A DNA stretch of 64,000 nt from Octopus vulgaris. Lineage: Eukaryota. A model generated the notes under the pieces. It was not told where the DNA came from. It saw only the letters and a program-made list of their open reading frames with translations, and searched no databases. Positions within the stretch are counted from its first letter, which is position 1. Every line of letters begins with the position of its first letter. The position numbers and the translations under genes were made by a program. Below, piece by piece: positions 54,373 to 64,000 of the stretch. The stretch is from positions 44,826,001 through 44,890,000 of the forward strand of contig OX597822.1 of the NCBI GenBank assembly GCA_951406725.2. Direction: 5' to 3'.

Positions 54373-54778
54373 CAATAATAATAATAATAATAATAAAATA
54401 ATTATTACTCATATTCAAATAATTATGACTACTCAATAAGTTGAATACTGGTTTAAGTTTTACAGAAAATAACATAAAAATACAGAAATGCATAGTATTA
54501 TGTGGGGGACATTGATAACAAAACTATATTGAAATGGAAACCAGAGAGATAAGGCAAAAAATATTAGGACGCGGTGACGCAGTAGTGATAGTAATGCGGA
54601 TGATGATCATGACGTTGATAATTATCATCATCAGCATCGTAGACGTCGGCATCATCCCGATGGGAATAAAATAGATGACTGACATAATGATTGTAATGGG
54701 GAAAAAGCGGATGACAGTGATGATACGGAGGAAAAGGAGGATGAGGAGGCCATTGGTGGATATCTTATTGTTTACTTC

Positions 54779-54822
<44 letters not shown>

Positions 54823-54852
54823 GTTATTATTATTATTATATTGTTATTATTA

Positions 54853-54942
<90 letters not shown>

Positions 54943-55070
54943 ATGAGAGTATAATTTTTAAAGAATATTAAATAAAATTACGAACATTATCATTAACATT
55001 ATTATTGTTTATGTGGCAATAAAACAAATTATTACCATTACTATTATTATTATTATTAATATTATTATTA

Positions 55071-55133
<63 letters not shown>

Positions 55134-55460
55134 TTTCTACTACTACTACCATTATTGTTACTGTTTTTGTTACTGTTATGTTTATTATTATTTTTATTAT
55201 CCTTGTTGCTGTTATTCTTATTATTCTTATACTTCTTCTTATGATTATTATTATTATCATTATTATTATTTTTCTTATTCTTAATATTATGTTTATTGTT
55301 ATTACTATTTCTATTGTCATTGCCTTGATTTGTGCGAACTCTTCCGTCTCAATCACAGACCTCAATATCAAGTTGGACGCTTTACTCTGGGTATTATTTT
55401 TAAGTGCCAATATTATATTGCAGGCAAAGGAGACCAAGCAAATTTACTTTATACTACTGG

Positions 55461-55506
<46 letters not shown>

Positions 55507-55616
55507 GAAATATCGTATCTAAAAACGATACGCTAAAGACAGAAAAATCAGGAAATATATTGACTGACTTAGAGATCTTTGGGAATGGCTAAACAGCAAT
55601 AACAGCTATAATAATG

Positions 55617-55662
<46 letters not shown>

Positions 55663-55682
55663 TAACAATGACAATGACAATG

Positions 55683-55763
<81 letters not shown>

Positions 55764-55769
55764 TGTGAC

Positions 55770-56105
55770 AACAAGCTCGATAAAATGGAAAAATAGAAGT
55801 TACTGAGAGACGAAATTGCATGTATGTGGATAATGAAGAGAGTAGCTGTGAAAACAGTAGTTGTGTAGGGCCAGTGGGAGTATTAATAACGAGGTTTGAG
55901 AAATATGTCGGAGAAATTGGATTTGACATGAGGGTAGAACATGCTCAAGGAAATGCTCTATTGAGGAGAGCGAGGATTTTGAAATTGGCTCTTGGGTGTT
56001 CAGTATCGTGGAAAGAGATACTGTGAAATATTCTCATAACTGGTAGCTGTCCCGTTCTTACAGAGTTAACCGGAGTACGTAAAATCGAGAACACTGAGAA
56101 GTAAA
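55770..56105 (+). mobile_element. R4/Dong-type LINE C-terminal fragment in (AAT)n
   Basis: CVGPVGVL...EKYVGEIG...VEHAQGNALLRRARILKLALG, resembling IGALG...QKAALLGTARILRKVL. Confidence 0.65.
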
Positions 56106-56117
56106 ATGGAAATAATC

Positions 56118-56198
<81 letters not shown>

Positions 56199-56199
56199 G

Positions 56200-56420
56200 A
56201 GCGGGATGGGCTACTCAACCTGAAGAAAATTCTAACTGGGCCCCACCTGCAAGGTCATGTGCTGTTTATCTTGATATGAGATCACCATGTCGCGCACATA
56301 TGGTTGTGATGCATGTGCCTGGTGTACCTTTATCAGACGGGTAGTCATGATGGGTATATTGGGCTTCGTATATTTTACCCCAGTGTCACTTTGATGGCAT
56401 GAACTGCTCTCTCACTCAAT
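56200..56420 (+). mobile_element. Probable LINE 3' UTR fragment embedded in (AAT)n
   Basis: Unique GC-richer block with (AAT)n on both sides, ending ctctctcactc-aataat; no ORF. Confidence 0.45.
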
Positions 56421-56456
56421 AATAATAATAATAACAATAATAATAATAATAATAAC

Positions 56457-56532
<76 letters not shown>

Positions 56533-56534
<2 letters not shown>

Positions 56535-56740
56535 GGTGGTGCCTATAACCATCGGTGCGTTGGGAACAGTAAGCAAAGATATAGACAAAGAGCTGAAGGA
56601 GATTGGAATAGAGTTCTTACAGAAAATGTCTCTTAGGGACAGCAAGGATTGTCAGGTGGGTTGTAAGCACGTGAAAGATTGCTGAAAACTTGTGGATACC
56701 TAAAGTTAAAGGTAGTAACCCGCTACCCACATAAATCTTA
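56533..56740 (+). mobile_element. R4/Dong-type LINE C-terminal fragment starting directly after (AAT)n
   Basis: KVVPITIGALGTVSKDIDKELKEIGIEFLQK, frameshift, LGTARIVR. Confidence 0.8.
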
Positions 56741-56817
56741 GTTGTAATAAGACCGAACCTGAGCCAAACCAAAATAATAGCAGGTTTGGAGCTGGTGATG
56801 GCCTTGGTAGTTGCAGT

Positions 56818-57100
56818 CACTGATAATTATGTCTGGTCTTCTTTCCTTAACAGAAAGATCAATCTTTATGGCGAAGTCCCACCAGTCGTTGTCATTCTCA
56901 TTTTCTATCACAGACTCTCGTTTGTGTTCATACAACTTTTCTATTGTTTTGAAACCGAATACCCGACTAATAGGTTTGTAGTTGGTGATGGTCGGAATGA
57001 TTGCAGAGTTAAATTATTTTCGTTATTTTTCAGTTATATATGTTTTTTGTTCTGTATTTTATGATTCCCATTCGTTATGCATCTTTCCTTGCTATTCGTC
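56818..57100 (-). mobile_element. RLE-domain LINE fragment
   Basis: YEHKRESVIENENDNDWWDFAIKIDLSVKERRPDII, matching WYEHxPESVxEN...WDFxIxTD...RPDI. Confidence 0.75.
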
Positions 57101-57259
57101 CTGCCACAACTACTATCAATATAACTATTATACAATAACTAAAAACAGAATCAAATAGATACGTAGTTCAATAACAATAGCCACAATGACTGGTGATAAT
57201 GATGTTCATAATTGTATCATTTTGATTACATAATGATAATGATGATGATGATGATGATG

Positions 57260-57293
<34 letters not shown>

Positions 57294-57344
57294 TAATAAC
57301 AATACCACTATTACTACTACTACCACTACTACTACTACTACTAC

Positions 57345-57395
<51 letters not shown>

Positions 57396-57735
57396 TCATT
57401 AAAAATTATCGTAATAATGATAAAAATGACGGTGATATCTATAATATTAATAAGAATGGTGATGATACTAAAATACAAAGGATCATGATAATGATAATAA
57501 TAATAAGAAGAAGAAGAATCATTATTACTATAACAACAACTGAAAAAACAACAGCAACATCGACAATGTTGAATAGGAGAAAAGTAGATTATTATTCATG
57601 TATGTGTGAATATCTATAATCATGATAACATAAACACCTTGGTTGATGATATCGAAGAAGATAATGATGATGATGATGATGACGAAGGCGACGACGATGG
57701 TAATTACCGCACGGAAGGGCTCGTCAATATATATA

Positions 57736-57789
<54 letters not shown>

Positions 57790-57930
57790 CAATCAATACA
57801 TTACTCAATCGATCGATCAATCAACCAAGTATTTTTGCTTAAAATGATATGTATCACACACGAAATGTATTTTACAATATACACTTATTACATATTTATA
57901 AGCATGCATATATGTAAACACATGTATATG

Positions 57931-57961
<31 letters not shown>

Positions 57962-58171
57962 GCAAAACACGTACACACACACACACACATATCTATATAT
58001 ATATATTTACATTCTTATAGAAGTGTATATGTATGTGTATATATTCACATATATACATAAAATGGTTATAAGTATGCAGCAACTGTTTGCGAAAGTGTTT
58101 GTGTGTGTGAGCTTGTACATATATATCCGCATATATATGCATATATATATATAACAACTAATTTTATTATG

Positions 58172-58212
<41 letters not shown>

Positions 58213-58305
58213 CATATTTATGAATATATACACAGTATTTATATATATGTGCATATATACATGTATATAGATATATATACATATATAAGCGTGTGTATAT
58301 ATAGG

Positions 58306-58354
<49 letters not shown>

Positions 58355-58470
58355 GTGTATTTAGATGCTACCCACACAATCTGAAAGGTCATTACACCCC
58401 GTACATATACATACATGCATACATATATATATATACATATATATATGTGGGGGGTAATTATATATAAATG

Positions 58471-58502
<32 letters not shown>

Positions 58503-58619
58503 GGTGAATATATATATGTGTGTGTGTATATATATATATATATATACAAAGATGTATATATATATATATGTATATATATGTGTGTGTGTGTGTGAATATA
58601 TATGTGTACGTATATATAT

Positions 58620-58653
<34 letters not shown>

Positions 58654-58807
58654 TGTAAATATGCAGGAGATTATTAGGAAAAATGCATATATTTTTGATT
58701 TTAAGATTCATATATAGACTGTACATATTTCATTGAACTGATGCACATGCATACATACACATGTACATACATATATACCTATATACATATAAACATATAT
58801 ATGCATA

Positions 58808-58898
<91 letters not shown>

Positions 58899-59602
58899 AT
58901 ATATATATATATACATATACACATCTACATATATATGTATATGTACGTTTATGTATTTATACGACATTTTTACCATTAACGTTCCAATTTGTGGTCTCAA
59001 GGTCATGTAATACCATTTACAAATGAGTACACACGTACATTTATTTGTGTGTCTGTGTGTATCTAAATCTGATACACTTAGATATTCATACTTATATCTA
59101 CATGTACGTATATCCACATGTGTGTGGATATGCGTGAGGTTATTTATATGCGTACTCATGATATATGGAGAGCTGAAATTTAACTAACGTTAACCGTGAC
59201 AGAATGATCCAATTTCTATGTACAAAAGCGTATACAAAGATATGTATATGCATGTATATATTTATATATATATATATGTATATACTTATAAAAGTATGAA
59301 TATATATATATATATGCATATAAGTATACATATATGTATATGTTCATATATATATATATATACATACGTAAATATATAATATATACTTTATTAAAGAATG
59401 TATAGAGACATGTGTGTGTGTTTGTGTGTGTTTGTGTGTGTGTGCGTGTGTATAAATGTATTCATACGAAGCGAAAGCGAGTGCAAAAGCATGAAACTTA
59501 CTCGTTCAACAAACGTCGACTCTTTACGGTGAATTTATGAAGCTGTACCGAGCATGGCGGTCACACCGCTCAAACTGAAAGTAATATATAAGTAAAATGT
59601 TG

Positions 59603-59675
<73 letters not shown>

Positions 59676-60257
59676 AATACATGCATATGTATATATATAT
59701 ATATATATACACATAACGTACACATGTATATATGCATAGTTGTATATGCTTTATTGGTGTGGTTGTATATATTTTGTCTATATTTTAATACAATTACTAA
59801 ATAACATGTAAATTTATATAGGTGTTTATAAATTTATTCATATATGGAAGTATATTGATATGCACTATTAATACATGCTGGTTAATAATATATATATGTT
59901 TACATATGTATGTATATGTACATATATATATTAACATGTATTATGCATATATATATATATATATGCATATGTATGTATATATGTCTATGTGCGTGCGTGT
60001 GTGTAAATAATTTACTGGAGTGTATATACTGCTTGTCATCTATATTCTTACGCATACTGATGAAGGGTGTATAAAAAGACTGTGGTGTGATGACACCAAA
60101 TTTTGATGATTTTAAAAAGCAACGTATGAAGCTGAAAAATTGACAAAACAAAAGACTTACATATACTGTGTGTATGTATACAGTTATATGCTATTCATAT
60201 ATAAATATTTATATACATACATATATGTATATATATATATATATATATACATATATG

Positions 60258-60326
<69 letters not shown>

Positions 60327-60546
60327 GTATATAAATTTTGCACATACATAATTCTACAAATACAAATTATTGTACCCTGGGTAAAATACTTTATTATTTT
60401 CTGTAACACATCGTATATGCGTACATACATACATATATATGTAAATTTATAAATATGTATGTGTGTGTGTGTATAGATATCTACATATATATGTTATATG
60501 TGAGTATCTATTTACATATAGACTTATGTGTCTCTGTATATGCATG

Positions 60547-60611
<65 letters not shown>

Positions 60612-60946
60612 ATATATATACATATATATGTGTGTGTGTCTGTGTCTGTGTATGTATATAAGAATTTTTTGCGTAATGAGAAAAATACCAAGGCTCCGTA
60701 GATATTAGAACATTTATAAATAGGTGTTACAGCTGCTTACAAGGTATTTATTAATTATATCCCTTCATCGAAGACGGTGTGAGAGGATGATTAAGTAATA
60801 GTTAATTTAGATAGGATACAAAATAGAGCGTGACGAAGAGGAAAGAAAATAGATGTGAGATATGTAGGGATATTTAATTTGTAGATGCATTTTCTAGGTA
60901 GAGTGATATATATGTAAGATTCCAATACCTTATGTGTAAAATCCAT

Positions 60947-60993
<47 letters not shown>

Positions 60994-61075
60994 ATATATA
61001 TATTTATGTATATGTTGTATGTGAGTGTATGTATTTATATATAGACATATATGTCTCTGTATATGTGTACATATA

Positions 61076-61124
<49 letters not shown>

Positions 61125-61463
61125 ATGTATGTATGTATATATGTATGTACGTAATTATTGATACATGCGTATATATTTCTAAATATCTAATTGTATTCAA
61201 ATATTACTTTATGTATATATTTATGCATACACTCACATGTACACACGCGTATATGTATGTACACGTGTGTGTCTCTATGCCAAAAGTAAGGAGGCATTCA
61301 TTACATAACATAAATCAACTCACCATCATTCTGCCAATATCAAGATTAGCTAGAAATCATTGATTCCACTACTTAATTATAAGGAATAAAACCAGGTTGA
61401 TCTCAGTTACCTCGTTTGATTAAACGTAATGAGTTATCAGAAGCTTAATATTACCCCAGATGT

Positions 61464-61920
61464 AAGGCGGCAAGCTGGCAGAAACGTTAGCAAGCCCGAC
61501 GAAATGCTTAGCGATATTTCGTCCGTCTTTACGTTCTGAGTTCAAATTCCGCGGAGGTTGATTCTGCCTTTCATCCATTCGGAACCGATAAATTAAGTAC
61601 CAGTTGTGTACTGAGGTCGATCTAATCAACTGGCCTCCTCCCTCAAAGATTTCGGGCCTTGAGCCTAGAGTAGAAAAGAATATTACTCCAGATGGAAGGC
61701 GGTGAGCTGGCAGAAACCTTAGCACGCTGGGTCAAATGCTTAGTGGTATTTCGTTGTCTTTACCTTGTGAGTTCAAATTCCACCTAGGTCCACTTTGCCT
61801 TTCATCATATCGGGGCCGATAAATAAATACCAGTTGCGTACTGGTGTCGATCTAATTGACTGCCCCCTCCCCCAAAATTTCGGACCTTGTGCCTAGAGTA
61901 GAAAAGAATATTACTCCAAA
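61464..61920 (+). mobile_element. Tandem dimer of SINE family A (61464-61690, 61696-61920)
   Basis: Two complete units, each ending gcctagagtagaaaagaat-ttactcca. Confidence 0.9.
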
Positions 61921-63124
61921 TGTACGGTGCTTTGTCTCCCTAACATCTGTTTGTCTAAGATTCTTCTTAACGATCCGAAGGTGAAGTCTAAAACGGATTA
62001 TTGAATGTATAAAACTAGCATATCTCCTTCAGTAAAATCTGCTATTAGAGAAGCTATGTAATACGGTAACGGACATCTTATCTGGCTGTGAGAAAAATCC
62101 GGGAGTTCTGCGCAATACACTCTCATATATTGAGTACGCAGACCTTATTTTTGAAGTTGGTTAGTTTTGCATACGATGTGTTCAATAAGTTTTCTTCCTT
62201 ACTTCTTTATGTGCATTGATAAAGGTTAAACACAATCTAATTGAGAAGCGTATTAATTTGTACCTGAAGCTGTTAAATAAAATTGTGTTCCTTACATATT
62301 TTCGATTAATTTTCATCTTAAAACGTTATATTTTTTACATGGTACAGGAAAATTTATTTTAAGAATTTCAAGTGCAATAATAGATATAGAATAGATCCTG
62401 CTTTAGAGATGAATTTATTTATTTTAATCTGTTAAATACTATTTAGCTCTTTACATTTCGGAGTTCGTTATATATTTTTAATATATATTTAAGCTGTTTC
62501 CAGAAAACCAAAAACATCGAGAAATATCGGCCACTTATGGCGTCAGGCTTGCTGCATATTTGCCCCGATACTGTTTAGAGTTCTGCAACAGTGTGTCACT
62601 TTCTAACACATTGCGTTTAAGATTTTTACATCAACTATTCAATGAATTCAGAATTTGTAACGTTAAACTTCCCAATATATACAGCCGAAAAATGATTTAT
62701 CAGGAACAGGAATGAATATCCATATACTAAAACGGAGTTAGTCACTAAATATCGTCATGAAAACAAATCTTATTTGCATAGATAATTAGTAAAATATAAC
62801 GGTTGATTAAACAGATGTAAATATTAAAACCTGCAGGTAAATTTCTAGAATACAGAGTATTGTCTGGTATAAAATGTGCTAGAATTTTCGCAAGAAATTA
62901 TATTATCATTTACCATTCATTCAAAAGACAGCAGTCCAATCAGAAAAGTGACTAGAAAATTAATCAATTTAGACTATAAACTAAGAAATGTAAGTAGATT
63001 AATAGTTATGCTTTATAACTATAAATAATTTGAAACTGTTAATTACAATTTAGCTCTTTACTTTTCATAATTTATCACTGCAAATAGATAAATCCAGAAA
63101 TAGATAAATAGATATATGTGTGTA

Positions 63125-63186
<62 letters not shown>

Positions 63187-63649
63187 TGTGTGCAAAAGCC
63201 TACGACGTCCAAACGAATGCAAAATGAAGCACATAAATGGAAACCAAACATCGGTTGAAGGTTTACCAATTATTTGTTCAGTATTTTGATGTTAATAAAC
63301 ACAAATTCTTCCAACCACGTGACCTCATGAAAGGGCTAAATTGTATTTAAAAAAATACAAGGCAGAACTTCAACAGTCGTTTGGCTTCAGTTTTTGTATT
63401 TCATTTTGCATTGTTTCGGCATTAACAAGGATTTATCTCATTAAATATCACATAATAATTCATTATATATGTAAATGTGTTTATACACATATACATATGT
63501 ATATATCTATATGTATGTATATATGTGTATGTCTCTCTCTTACACACTCTCTCTCTATATATATACATATATATATATATAGACATATATCTATATATAT
63601 AATATACATATATACCTGTATATATATGTGTGTATGTATGTGTGTATGT

Positions 63650-63972
63650 CTGTGGCTAGAGCGTCGAGTATACGATGGTGAGGTTGTGAGTTCGATTACA
63701 GGACCGGACTGCGTGTTGTGTTCTTGAGTAAGAAACTTAATTCCACGTTGCTCCAGTTCACTGAGCTGTAGAAATGAGTTGCGACTTCACAGGTGCCAAG
63801 CTGTACCGGCCTCTTTGCCTTTCCCTTGGATAATATCCGTGGTGTGGAGAGGGCAGACTTGTATGCAATAGCGACTGCTGGCCTTCCACAAACAACCTTG
63901 CCCGGACTTCTGCCTCAGAGGGTAAATTCCTAGGTGCAATCCCATGGTCATTCATGACCAAAGGAGGGGGTC
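63650..63972 (+). mobile_element. SINE with family-B-like head/core and a different 3' half
   Basis: gagttcgatt B-box; gttgtgttcttgagtaagaaactt...cacgttgctccagttcact shared with family B, then unrelated sequence. Confidence 0.75.
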
Positions 63973-64000
63973 TCCATATATACATATATAGAGACACACA

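Overview
Repeat-dense, AT-rich eukaryotic DNA. The SINE families, the heavy (TA)n/(CA)n/(GATA)n/(TAA)n microsatellite load and the molluscan-type receptor point to an octopus (coleoid cephalopod) genome; this is an inference. There is one convincing host gene: an intronless 467-aa 5-HT1-like serotonin GPCR at 48209-49612 (+). The rest is transposon debris: a 5'-truncated CR1-group LINE (10.2-12.8 kb, one reading frame, two TGA stops), RTE and R4/Dong-type (RLE) LINE fragments, four tRNA-derived SINE families, a Helentron-type element, a MITE, several fold-back palindromes and many Penelope-like repeats. Almost all of the supplied ORFs are microsatellite artefacts. The most interesting signal is RNA structure. 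Four minimal type-I hammerhead ribozyme motifs are readable by eye. A three-copy repeat family (30.3, 39.4, 40.2 kb) carries the hammerhead core nucleotides with paired stems I and III, but in a non-circularly permuted (pseudoknotted) strand order. Two of those copies are direct repeats 812 nt apart, a retrozyme-like layout. Everything was judged by eye; repeat boundaries are approximate and nothing was run or searched.
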